Positions 29,018-38,249 of a DNA stretch of 64,000 bases are shown piece by piece. Numbering within the stretch: the first letter of the stretch is position 1; every line of letters starts with the position of its first letter. Origin of the DNA: a bacterium (GTDB taxonomy: Bacteria; UBA8248); contig CBDBEV010000001.1 in the NCBI GenBank assembly GCA_965204535.1, forward strand, positions 1,792,001 to 1,856,000. Reading direction: 5' to 3'. The notes under the pieces were generated by a model. That model was given only the letters and a program-made list of their open reading frames with translations, searched no databases and had not been told where the DNA came from. The translations under genes were made by a program, and so were the position numbers.

Positions 29018-30340
29018 ATGGAATGCACGCCGGACCCGGCCCTTCCGCCGGGACGCGGAAAACCGGGCAAGGAGATGACCCCCGAGGAAGCGAACGGCTT
29101 CAAGCTCCTGGGCCACTGCGATTTCGGCGGCCGCAACAAGGGCGACGTCATGCAGCTTCTCGTGAAGGACGACTTCGTGCTCTGCGGCCACGTGGGCATG
29201 TCGGGCGCGGGCACGAGCGTCATCGACGCCTCGAACCCCCGGAAGCCCAAACTCGTGAACCAGATTCCCGCCCCGCGCAACACGCACAACAACAAGCTCC
29301 AGATCGTGGGCGACATCATGGTCGTGAACAACGAGCAGTTCGGCGGGCGAGGCCCCGATTTCGAGCCCTTCAAGGCGGGCATCGACATCTACGACGTATC
29401 GAACCTGCCCGAACTCCGCCCGCTGGGGTATTTCCACACGGGCGGGCGCGGGGTGCACCGGTTCTGGTTCGGCGACGGTCGCTACGCCTTCCTGACGGCC
29501 GGGGACGATGAATACATCGATCAGTTCCTGAAGATCATCGACCTGGATGATCCCACCCGCCCCAAAGAGGTGGGCCGCTGGGCGATGCCGGGCATGCGGA
29601 ACGACGAGGAGCGCGACTGGTACCAGATGGGCCAGTTTCGCTTCAAGAAAAACCGCAAGGGCGAATACATCCCCCTGGGCGGCGAGGTGCCCGAGGGGAT
29701 GAAGAAAAAACGCGCCTGCGTGCACATGTCAATGAACGTAGGCGAGAGGTGCTACGGCGCGTGGTGGGATTCGGGCTTCATCATCCTCGACATCGCCGAC
29801 ATCACGAACCCCGCCCTCATCAGCCACACCCAGTGGCCGCCCGAGGAGAGTTCGGCCACGCATTCGGTGCTGCCCCTTTTGGACAGAAACATCTGCATCG
29901 TGTCGGATGAATGCACGGCGGAGGACATGGAGGACATCGAAAAGCAAATCCGCGTGATGGACATATCGGATGAGAAAAACCCGAAAGTGCTCTCCACCTT
30001 CCCGCACCCCGAGGGCGATTACGCCGAGCGCGGCGGACGATCCGGCCCGCACAACCTGCACGAGAACCGCCCGGATTCCCTCATCGATAAAACCCGAGTC
30101 TACATGACGTGGTTCAACGGCGGGCTTCGCGTGTTCGACATCGAAGACCCGCTGAATCCCAAAGAAGTCGCCCACTACGTGCCCGAAACGCCCAAACGCG
30201 ACCCCATCCGCCCCTTGTGGGGGAGAGACTACGAACTCCTGCAGGTCCAGGTGGACGACGTCTACATGGCCGCCGACGGCAGGGCCTACATCAGCGAACG
30301 CCTCGGCGCGGGTGTGTGGATACTGGAGTCTGATTTTTAG
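29018..30340 (+). CDS. LVIVD-repeat beta-propeller protein
   Basis: Repeated (I/V)(I/F/M)D(I/L)xxPxxP units; H-rich sites NTHNNK, GVHRFW, THSV, GPHNLHE; TWFNGGLRVFDI. Confidence 0.82.
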   Translation: MECTPDPALPPGRGKPGKEMTPEEANGFKLLGHCDFGGRNKGDVMQLLVKDDFVLCGHVGMSGAGTSVIDASNPRKPKLVNQIPAPRNTHNNKLQIVGDIMVVNNEQFGGRGPDFEPFKAGIDIYDVSNLPELRPLGYFHTGGRGVHRFWFGDGRYAFLTAGDDEYIDQFLKIIDLDDPTRPKEVGRWAMPGMRNDEERDWYQMGQFRFKKNRKGEYIPLGGEVPEGMKKKRACVHMSMNVGERCYGAWWDSGFIILDIADITNPALISHTQWPPEESSATHSVLPLLDRNICIVSDECTAEDMEDIEKQIRVMDISDEKNPKVLSTFPHPEGDYAERGGRSGPHNLHENRPDSLIDKTRVYMTWFNGGLRVFDIEDPLNPKEVAHYVPETPKRDPIRPLWGRDYELLQVQVDDVYMAADGRAYISERLGAGVWILESDF

Positions 30341-30446
30341 GGGATGCTTCCTTGCATTCGCATATTCGGGCACTGGCTGATGAATGACAAATTGATTCCC
30401 GCTCATCAAGAGTGATCAATGCTGCATCGAGGAAATCTTGGGTAGT

Positions 30447-30701
30447 GTCTCAGTTTGAAAAAATATCCCCATTCAAAAAATCAGAAAAGCTCTCGAAAAA
30501 GATGGATGGGAAATGGAAGAGAACAAAAGGGGCCCCTTGGGGTATAGAAATGACAAGGGCCAACAGGTAGTTCTTCACATGCACCCGAAGGCGACCAAGG
30601 GCCCTAAAACTCTCAAGGGCTTGTTGAATGCCGTTCAATGGACAGAATATGATCTGAGGCCGCTTAAAATTAATCAAGTAGAAAATACTCGGAAAAGATA
30701 G
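30447..30701 (+). pseudogene. HicA-like toxin remnant
   Basis: The frame of the 30513 ORF extends upstream as KNIPIQKIRKALEKDGWEMEE...VVLHMHPKATKGPKTLKGLL..W...DL, but is closed by TGA at 30456 with no proper start. Confidence 0.5.
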
Positions 30702-30724
30702 TCTTTTCTGAGTATTTTCGTTCA

Positions 30725-30772
30725 CATTCCATGTTTTCAATCCGTTCGCATTCCATATTTTCAATCCGTTCG
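30725..30772 (+). repeat. Tandem 24-bp direct repeat (2 copies)
   Basis: CATTCCATGTTTTCAATCCGTTCG / CATTCCATATTTTCAATCCGTTCG. Confidence 0.85.
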
Positions 30773-31080
30773 CAAAATTCCGTTCACATTAATGAAAATA
30801 CGGTTGCGCGTGAACGATTGATGTGTTATCGTTCGTTCATGGCTGGAAAAGGCGATGACGTCTCAGCTGGCCAGCCAAGACGTCATCGGGTGAAACTTGG
30901 TGGTTCAGAAGAGATCCCACCATATCATCCAGAGCCTACCCGGTCAACAACAATATTGGTGTGCCTTTAACCCAGGGAGGTCTGTAGTGCTGGCGGGGAG
31001 GTTGTGCATTCCTTCCCTTGCCAGCAAACTATTTTATACACCATGCGCTGAAAATGCGCAATTTGTACAGGAGAATTATT

Positions 31081-31719
31081 ATGTCAAGTCTTCGAGTTAA
31101 TGATCTTTTAGGGCCATTCATGAAAATATTATGGGAGCGACATCAATGCAGCATCAAAGAAATGGTAGATCAAATAGCGATAAATCTTGGCCTTTCTTTG
31201 GAAGAAATGACGCAAACCATCCCGAGCGGTCGAGAAACTGTGCTTCAAAATAAAGTCGGATGGACCAGAACATATTTAAAAAAAGCGGGGCTGGTTGAGT
31301 CTCCTCGCCGTGGATGGGTCGGAATTACCCCCGAGGGCAGAAAGGCGATTAGAGCTGCTGGAGTTGTTGATATTAATTATTTAAATACGATCCCTGAATT
31401 TGTTGAGTTTCGAAACAAAAGAAGCACAGGCAATCAAAGAGAAAAAAGCAATCAAATCCCTGCGAAAAAGAAAAACTTAACACATCTGATCCCTATAGAA
31501 TTTGGGATGGATCAGTCAGGAGCATATCAAGCAGATCAAGTTTCTCTTTCGTTCGATGGACTTAATCAGAGAATATATTTTCAATTTTCGAAGAAATTTA
31601 ATAGAGCGATATCAAAAGAGGTAATTGTGAGCATTCCTTTTGCCGATGAAGCACCCATAAGCCATGTCACAACACTCTGTAAAATCCTCAATGATATATC
31701 CGACACCCCCAAAAGATGA
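31081..31719 (+). CDS. Mrr N-terminal winged-helix domain protein with an unrecognised C-terminus
   Basis: LSLEEMTQTIPSGRETVLQNKVGWTRTYLKKAGLVESPRRG..ITPEG...YL..IPEFVEF. Confidence 0.78.
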   Translation: MSSLRVNDLLGPFMKILWERHQCSIKEMVDQIAINLGLSLEEMTQTIPSGRETVLQNKVGWTRTYLKKAGLVESPRRGWVGITPEGRKAIRAAGVVDINYLNTIPEFVEFRNKRSTGNQREKSNQIPAKKKNLTHLIPIEFGMDQSGAYQADQVSLSFDGLNQRIYFQFSKKFNRAISKEVIVSIPFADEAPISHVTTLCKILNDISDTPKR

Positions 31720-32320
31720 ACAATTCCTAACTCTCTCCTTACGCGGCTTTCTGCCGCTTCTTGTAGGTTTTCGGGTGCCCCGGCCTCGGTTCCCGCGTTC
31801 TATGAGTCCAACGATCCACTCCATATCACGAAGCTCCGAATCAACTCCAGCGGCCATAGCTGAGCTTACTCGTATGCTCTTGTGAATACGGCAGAAGTTA
31901 TAGTGCAGGAAATAGAGGGCGAGCATATGCACATGGTTCACAAGCCGCTTCGAGAAGGCGTTGGTAAGGCGCGTGAAGCGACACATACACATGCGCATTG
32001 TGAGGTTCTGGCGCTCGACGTAGCTGTTGGAAATATGCTCCGGTTCCGGCCTACCGGATATCACTAATTCTTGTACCCCCAATTATTGACCTCCTGGGCC
32101 ATATATCCTCCTCAGCACCGCGTAATCGATCTTCTTCTCGAAAGCATCATCCACCGCTTCGAGATATGGCCTATGGCCGTCCGTGGCCAACTGGACACGA
32201 TGTGCAAGCCTTGAAGCCACATCCTCCATGAGCTCCTCCGCGTAGCCTCTATCTCGGCTCCCGACCAGATACGATATGATCAGCTTCGAGTCCGCATCCA
32301 GTGCCGCCCACGTCCATAGG
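31720..32320 (-). pseudogene. IS1-family transposase remnant
   Basis: LWTWAALDADSKLIISYLVG...QLATDG..PY...IDYA, then after a break HISNSYVERQNLTMRM..RFTRLTNAFSK...HYNFCRIH; N-terminus missing. Confidence 0.8.
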
Positions 32321-32339
32321 TTGTGCCGTCAAGGTTACG

Positions 32340-32497
32340 AGATCGCCATAGGTGAAATTGCCGAATCTCAAACACCCAACCAGATAATCGCCCGAAAGGG
32401 CGGTAAGGCGAGAGCCGATAATCTTTCGCCCAAATCTCGAAAAGAGATAGCAAAAAACAGCGCGGCGGCGCGCTGGAGAGTTGCCTCTGTAGAGTAG
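32340..32497 (+). pseudogene. Remnant of a small basic protein often found beside IS1-like elements
   Basis: ARKGGKARADNLSPKSRKEIAKNSAAARW motif; no clear start. Confidence 0.5.
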
Positions 32498-32767
32498 TTC
32501 TCAACTGCATTCAGTTCCCTCTCGCTTACAGCAAAACAAGAGAACCGCGATATGTGCGAGCCCGTAAGGGCAGGCGAGAAGGACCATGAAAAATTTCAAA
32601 GTCAACCACCTCCAAATTTTGGCAGTGATTGACTTTTGTTATTTTTATGCCAGAATGATTGTTACGAGGTAAAGCTATCCGCAGTCGTTTAGACCCATGC
32701 AAAAATTTCGAGTTATCTACGCAAGTGCTGCTTAACGCGCCTGGAATCAAAACAGGGATGGATTTTG

Positions 32768-33208
32768 ATGATGACTGTCCGCGCTGTTGACGTGGCCGCT
32801 TACATCCTGCGAAAGCAGGGCAAGATGCCGACCATGAAACTCCAGAAGCTGGTTTATTACGCCCAGGCTTGGTCTCTGGTCTGGGACGACAAATCCCTCT
32901 TCCGCGATCGCATCGAGGCATGGGCGAACGGTCCGGTCATTCGAAATCTCTACAAGGCGCACCGGGGACAATACCTCTTGTCAAATATTCCTGGCGGCGA
33001 CCCGGAAAAATTGGATGCCGTGCAGCGTGAAACCGTCGATGCCGTTCTCGAATTTTATGGAGACAAGACATCTCATTGGTTAAGTGCGCTAACCCATATG
33101 GAGGCCCCCTGGCGGGATGCCCGGGAAGAAGCAGGGCTTCTCAGCGGACAACGCGGAAAGGCGCGTATTTCAAACGCATCGATGGCTGAATACTACTCCA
33201 GCCTCTAA
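32768..33208 (+). CDS. Panacea (DUF4065/SocA/GepA-like) antitoxin
   Basis: DVAAYIL, MKLQKLVYYAQAW, IEAWANGPVIRNLY, LSALTHMEAPW. Confidence 0.9.
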   Translation: MMTVRAVDVAAYILRKQGKMPTMKLQKLVYYAQAWSLVWDDKSLFRDRIEAWANGPVIRNLYKAHRGQYLLSNIPGGDPEKLDAVQRETVDAVLEFYGDKTSHWLSALTHMEAPWRDAREEAGLLSGQRGKARISNASMAEYYSSL

Positions 33209-33214
33209 ATTCCG

Positions 33215-33658
33215 TTGGCCAGGAAATCAAGTCAAAAGAAATCAAAACTCGCTCAAGAACCTCAACCAAAAAAACAGTCAAAAGCGCAGCAAACTACCGT
33301 CCACGGTGCTCCTCTCACCTGGAGATTCAGCGAAAGCGACCGTGGCGGCGATTGGGCGTGGACGAATCTGTCAGACCCAAACCTTTACAAGAACGTGATG
33401 GAAAAACTACAGGAATTCGAAAACAAAAACTGGAGCCAAATCATACAAAGCGGGAGTCACCCGATCCAGATTGCTAATATCGTGAAACCTGCGCGGGATC
33501 GCCTCGAAAAGATCCACAAAGATGATACCGATGAACTCATGTCCTTTCGGCTGACCGGCAAAAATCGAGTCTGGTGTGTACAGGAAGCGAACATCATGAA
33601 GATTCTATGGTGGGATCCGAATCATGAAATCTGCCCATCCACCCAAAGACACACCTAA
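33215..33658 (+). CDS. Putative Panacea-partner toxin
   Basis: 6 nt downstream of the Panacea gene; SH, SFRLTGKNRVW, LWWDPNHEICPS motifs. Confidence 0.65.
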   Translation: MARKSSQKKSKLAQEPQPKKQSKAQQTTVHGAPLTWRFSESDRGGDWAWTNLSDPNLYKNVMEKLQEFENKNWSQIIQSGSHPIQIANIVKPARDRLEKIHKDDTDELMSFRLTGKNRVWCVQEANIMKILWWDPNHEICPSTQRHT

Positions 33659-33732
33659 GAAACCGACTCTGGATTGAAAATGACCAAAATATGATTCCCC
33701 CCCATACGCTTTTTTACTTAAGCAAATCCCCC

Positions 33733-34416
33733 CTACCCCAGCTTCTCACCAAAAAACGCGAGCGTCTTCTCCCAGGAATCCTCGCTCTGCTCGGCGCGGA
33801 AGCGCTCGGGGTTGTCCTCCCACTGAAAGGCGTGGCCCGCGCCGTCGTAGCGGAGGAAGACGTATTCGGCGCCCGCGCTCTTGAGCGCCGCCTCGTAATC
33901 GTCCACGTCTTCGGGCGAGGGGTTCTGATCGTCATTCCCGAAAATTCCGATGACCGGACACGCGATGTCGCCGGTCAGCTCGATGGCGGGCGGGTTTCCC
34001 GCGCCGCGCACCTCCTTCACGCCGCCTCCGTAGAAGACCGCGCAGGCGGCGTAGCGCGAATCCGTGCATGCGCCCAGCCAGCTCACGCGCCCGCCCCAGC
34101 AGTGGCCGACGACCCCGATCCGGCCCGCGTCCACGCTATCGAGCGCCGTCTGCGCGTCGTTGAACTCATCGCGCTTTATCTGCATATCGTCTTCCTTCGA
34201 CCACCAGTGGTAGAGAAACGGAACCGAAACCGCGTAGCCGTTCTCCCGGTAACGCTCCGCTGCTTTGAGCGTGAAGGGATCGCCCTCGATTCCCCCGTGC
34301 CCCGGTATGTGCTGGCAGAGCACCAGCCCCGGATGGGGGCCTGCGCCTTCGGGTTCATACAGGAAAATCTCCATCTCGCTGCCCTGGACCTGCGTCGTCT
34401 CGATTCGGTACGTCAT
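33733..34416 (-). CDS. Dienelactone hydrolase family protein
   Basis: GHCWGG nucleophile motif, FYGG, GNDDQNP, YDGAGHAF. Confidence 0.88.
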   Translation of the reverse strand: MTYRIETTQVQGSEMEIFLYEPEGAGPHPGLVLCQHIPGHGGIEGDPFTLKAAERYRENGYAVSVPFLYHWWSKEDDMQIKRDEFNDAQTALDSVDAGRIGVVGHCWGGRVSWLGACTDSRYAACAVFYGGGVKEVRGAGNPPAIELTGDIACPVIGIFGNDDQNPSPEDVDDYEAALKSAGAEYVFLRYDGAGHAFQWEDNPERFRAEQSEDSWEKTLAFFGEKLG

Positions 34417-34568
34417 TTGTATTCCTCTTTTTGGATAAAGGAGTGAAGCCACGTGGCCCCCTCACGAAATACGACGAATTATGGGAATTATATACTTTAG
34501 TTGACGACTTCCTTTTGCCTGCCCGGGTTTTTCTCACGCCTCCCTTGATTGTTATTTCCGGTCGACAA

Positions 34569-34762
34569 GGGGCTGTTGAAAAACCCAGAAAGGGAAAATT
34601 TGTTTGTGTATGTCGGACATATATGTCCGACATACATGCGACCCACCCTGGTTTTTTTCGCTCACCGCAAGGGCCGCATATATGCGGCCCCTACACTCCC
34701 TTCGGCAAGGCGGTATCCCATTACCACCATTCCGACATTGCGGGGGCTTTTTCAACAGCCCC
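34569..34762. mobile_element. 194-bp MITE-like element with IS1182-type ends and a 5-bp TSD GACAA
   Basis: GACAA|GGGGCTGTTGAAAAA ... TTTTTCAACAGCCCC|GACAA; the interior carries palindromes (TGTCGGACATATATGTCCGACA, GGGCCGCATATATGCGGCCC). Confidence 0.88.
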
Positions 34763-34885
34763 GACAAGCGAGGGAATACGCCCGTAGGGACAGGCCTCCG
34801 TGCCTGTCCGACACCTGAAAAGGGCAACCACGGAGGGCAGGACAACCCCGAGGAGGGGTTGTCCCTACTGATGAAAAACTGCGCC

Positions 34886-35848
34886 TCAAGCGTCCTCGAA
34901 TACGAGGTTCTCAGGGTTTCCCCGCAGATAAGCCTCCACGTTGTCCACCGCTATGCGCGCCTCGCGCTCCACGGCGCCTTCGGTGTGCGCGGCGACGTGG
35001 GGGGTGAGGATGACGTTGTCGAGCGAACGATAAGGCGAATCCCCCGGCAGGGGCTCTTCGGGCTCGAACACGTCGAGACCCGCGCCTGCGATCCTCTTTT
35101 CCCGTAGCGCTTCGAGCAGGGCGTCCATGTCCACGAGCGCCGCGCGCGAGGTGTTTATCAAAAACGCCGTGGGCTTCATCCCCGCGATGCGCTCGCGGGA
35201 GATGACCCCCCTCGTCTCGGGCGTCACGTGAAGGTGAATCGTCACGAAATCGCAGCGCATGCAATCATCGAGCGCCGCCGCGTGTGCTCCTTCTTTCGCG
35301 GCGCGCTCGGGCGTCATGTGCTTCGACCACGCGAGCACCTCCATCCCGAAGCCCCGCGCCATGGGGACAACCTTGCTCCCGATGTGCCCGAAGCCGATCA
35401 CGGAGAGCGTCTTGCCGAGAAGCTCCACGCCCCGGACGGGCTCCCACACCCCCGCCCGCATGGCGGGTCTTTGATAGGGGAGCTGCTTCGCCAGGGCCAG
35501 GACCATCATCATCGTGTGCTCGGCCACCGAGGGACTCCCGGCTCCCGGCGTCACGGAAACAGATACGCCCTGCTCCCGCGCGCGCTTCATGTCCACCGCA
35601 CGGGGGCGCGTGCCCCACACGGAAATGAAGCGCAGCTTAGGGGCGGCATCGAGCAATGCAGTGTTCTTGAAGTCCGTCTGGTAGCGCACGGTGAGGATGA
35701 CCTCCGCATCGGCGATGCGCTCCGCCATCTCCTCCTCACTCGCAGGCCGCTCGGTGAAATGGGCCACTTCTCCTAGGCCCTCTAAGCGCGGGAGATGGGA
35801 CGAATCCGTGAAGTTGCCCTCGTAGTCATCCGGAATCACGATTTTCAT
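34886..35848 (-). CDS. D-2-hydroxyacid dehydrogenase family protein
   Basis: IPDDY, VIGFGHIG, NTSRAALVD, LDVFEPEEP, TPHVA. Confidence 0.9.
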   Translation of the reverse strand: MKIVIPDDYEGNFTDSSHLPRLEGLGEVAHFTERPASEEEMAERIADAEVILTVRYQTDFKNTALLDAAPKLRFISVWGTRPRAVDMKRAREQGVSVSVTPGAGSPSVAEHTMMMVLALAKQLPYQRPAMRAGVWEPVRGVELLGKTLSVIGFGHIGSKVVPMARGFGMEVLAWSKHMTPERAAKEGAHAAALDDCMRCDFVTIHLHVTPETRGVISRERIAGMKPTAFLINTSRAALVDMDALLEALREKRIAGAGLDVFEPEEPLPGDSPYRSLDNVILTPHVAAHTEGAVEREARIAVDNVEAYLRGNPENLVFEDA

Positions 35849-35980
35849 GCGCACACGCTCCGCTCGCCTGAGTCCGCAAAGCCTCCTTACCGGGTTTCTC
35901 CCCTCACGGTATACCCCAATATGATTGACAGAACATATCGTCTCAAGTAGTCCTATGGGATCGGGCAAATCACTATCGAC

Positions 35981-37192
35981 GTGTCTCGCTTCCAGAAGGA
36001 TGCCATCTCCGCCATGATGCCGGACCTGACTTCTGAAGAATCAGAGATGGTGGGCCGCGCGCGCACGATCGCGCGTGAGGACATCCTCCCCATCGCCGCG
36101 GCGCGGGACAGGAACTACGCGCCGGGCGAGGCCTATCCCTGGCATATTGCCGATAAGCTCGACGCCGCAGGACTCAGAACGCTCACCGTGCCCGAGAAGT
36201 TCGGCGGCTTCGGCGCGCGCCATCTCGTGCAGGCCATGGTGGCCGAGGAGATCGCCTACGGCGATCTGGGCGTCGCCGTCTCGGTGGATCAGACCTACAA
36301 GTTCACCCAACTGCTCACGAACGAGACCACGCAGACCCAGCGCGATCTGTATCTCGAAGACTTCATGAACGACCCGAGAGCTTTGCTCGCCCTCGCCACC
36401 ACGGAACCCCAGAGCGGAACCGACACCTTCTTGATGCACGACGAACCGGGCGCCGGCCCGCGCATGACGGCGAAGCGGGAGGGCGATTTCTATATCTTAA
36501 ACGGCACCAAGCACTACATATCGAACGGCGGCCTGGCGAAGTATTACTTCATCTTCGCGCGCACCGCGCCGGACAAGAAGATGAGCGAGGGACTCACCTG
36601 TTTCCTCGTGCCGCGCGACACCGAGGGTTTCGAGATCGGAGAAGCCCACTCGAAGCTTGGCAGGCGTCTTCTTCAAAACGGCGAACTCGTCCTCAGAAAC
36701 TGCCGCGTGCCCGCGCACAACCTCTTCGGCGAATGGAACGGGGGCCTCTCTATCCTGAAACGCATGGTGAGCGGCGCGCTCATCCCGGTGATGGGCCCCT
36801 CGCGCCTGGCCTACGATCTCGCGCGGACGGCGGCGCAGGAAAACGGGGCGGTGAACGAGCAATGGGCGCAGATGGCGCTCACGGAAATGTATATGCTGAT
36901 TGAGGCGGCGCGAACCTACCTGTATTCTGCGGCGTGGCATGCGGAAAAGCCGACGGACGATTCGAAGCGTCGCCTGATGTCCAAAGTGTTCGCTTCTGAA
37001 GCCGGCATCAAGGTCTGCCGCACCGCGATGGAGATCTGGGGGAGGACGGGCGCGACCTATCACGACGACAGGCCGACGCCCGAGAAATGCTGGCGCGACG
37101 TGCTGAGCTACCTGCACGGCTTCGGCACCAACGAGGCGGTGAAGCTCAAGGCCGCGCCGCTGCTCGCTCCCGCCGGCGTGGATGAATGGTAA
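35981..37192 (+). CDS. Acyl-CoA dehydrogenase family protein 1
   Basis: ATTEPQSGTD, LNGTKHYISNG, KLGRR, KVFASE, EKCWRD. Confidence 0.88.
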   Translation: MSRFQKDAISAMMPDLTSEESEMVGRARTIAREDILPIAAARDRNYAPGEAYPWHIADKLDAAGLRTLTVPEKFGGFGARHLVQAMVAEEIAYGDLGVAVSVDQTYKFTQLLTNETTQTQRDLYLEDFMNDPRALLALATTEPQSGTDTFLMHDEPGAGPRMTAKREGDFYILNGTKHYISNGGLAKYYFIFARTAPDKKMSEGLTCFLVPRDTEGFEIGEAHSKLGRRLLQNGELVLRNCRVPAHNLFGEWNGGLSILKRMVSGALIPVMGPSRLAYDLARTAAQENGAVNEQWAQMALTEMYMLIEAARTYLYSAAWHAEKPTDDSKRRLMSKVFASEAGIKVCRTAMEIWGRTGATYHDDRPTPEKCWRDVLSYLHGFGTNEAVKLKAAPLLAPAGVDEW

Positions 37193-37244
37193 ACTGAAAC
37201 CTACGACATCTTTGTCTTCACCCGAGAAGGAAAAGGAGAATTCA

Positions 37245-38213
37245 ATGCCCGCATACAAGAAATCGGACGCACGCGCCTACTGCAAGGAGAACATGCAGGG
37301 AATCTGGGCCGCCATCCCCTACCCCTTCGATGAGAACGACAACATCGACGAGGCGGGCCTGCGCGCCGACATCCGCCACTACATCGACGACCTCGACATC
37401 AAGGGGTTTTTCGTCGGCGGACTGATCGGCGAGTTCTGGTGCCTCACCAAAGAAGAACGACTGAGGGGCCAGGCGATCGCCTGCGACGAGGCGGGAGACG
37501 TGCCCATCATCGCGCACACCGGCCACACCTCGGCGAAAGAAGCCATCGAGCTGACCAATGCGGCGATTGAGGCGGGCGCGACCTATGCGATTCTCGCGAA
37601 CCCCTACCTCGGCGCGCAGGGCATTCCCGAGCGCGTCCGCGCGTACTTCCGGGAGTTCTGCAGCAACGTGGAAATCGGCGTGTCCCTGTTCAACACGGCG
37701 GCGACGGGCTATTCCCTCACGCCGGCCCTCGTCCGCCAGATCGTCGACGACAACGAGAACATCTGCTGCATCAAGAACGCGCAGCCCAAACCGCATTGCG
37801 ACGGTGTGCGCGAAGCCGTGGGTGAGGACATCGTCGTGAGCGACCCGATGGAGACCCAGTGGTTCTTCAGCCGGGCCTATCACAAGCAGCAGACCTTCAT
37901 GAGCGGCCCCGACCCGTTCCTCATGCAGCGCACCGGCAACCTGGGCATGCAGAGATACACCGACCTGATCGACGAGGGGAACCTCGAGGAGGCCTGGACC
38001 GCGCGCGAGTCCATGAACCCGATGCGCCGCGTGGCCGACAAGTGGCTGTGGGAGCCCTGGACGCGGGGGGCGTTCCCCATCGCCGCGCTCAAGAACTGGA
38101 TGGACCTGATGGGCATGCACGGCGGCCCCACGCGCGCGCCGATGATCCCCCTGAGTACGGACGAGAAAGCGGAACTGACCTCGGACTTGAAAAGCGTGGG
38201 CCTCATCGACTAG
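37245..38213 (+). CDS. Dihydrodipicolinate synthase family (hydratase-aldolase-like)
   Basis: GIWAAIPYPF, GLIGEFWCLTKEER, NICCIKNA, GGPTRAP. Confidence 0.82.
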   Translation: MPAYKKSDARAYCKENMQGIWAAIPYPFDENDNIDEAGLRADIRHYIDDLDIKGFFVGGLIGEFWCLTKEERLRGQAIACDEAGDVPIIAHTGHTSAKEAIELTNAAIEAGATYAILANPYLGAQGIPERVRAYFREFCSNVEIGVSLFNTAATGYSLTPALVRQIVDDNENICCIKNAQPKPHCDGVREAVGEDIVVSDPMETQWFFSRAYHKQQTFMSGPDPFLMQRTGNLGMQRYTDLIDEGNLEEAWTARESMNPMRRVADKWLWEPWTRGAFPIAALKNWMDLMGMHGGPTRAPMIPLSTDEKAELTSDLKSVGLID

Positions 38214-38249
38214 CCGGGGCGCTTTCCCGCGTTCATAAGGGTTCGACGC

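Noticed and set aside
30725-30790. Possible mini CRISPR array
   Set aside because: The repeats abut with no unique spacers, and there are no cas genes in the window.
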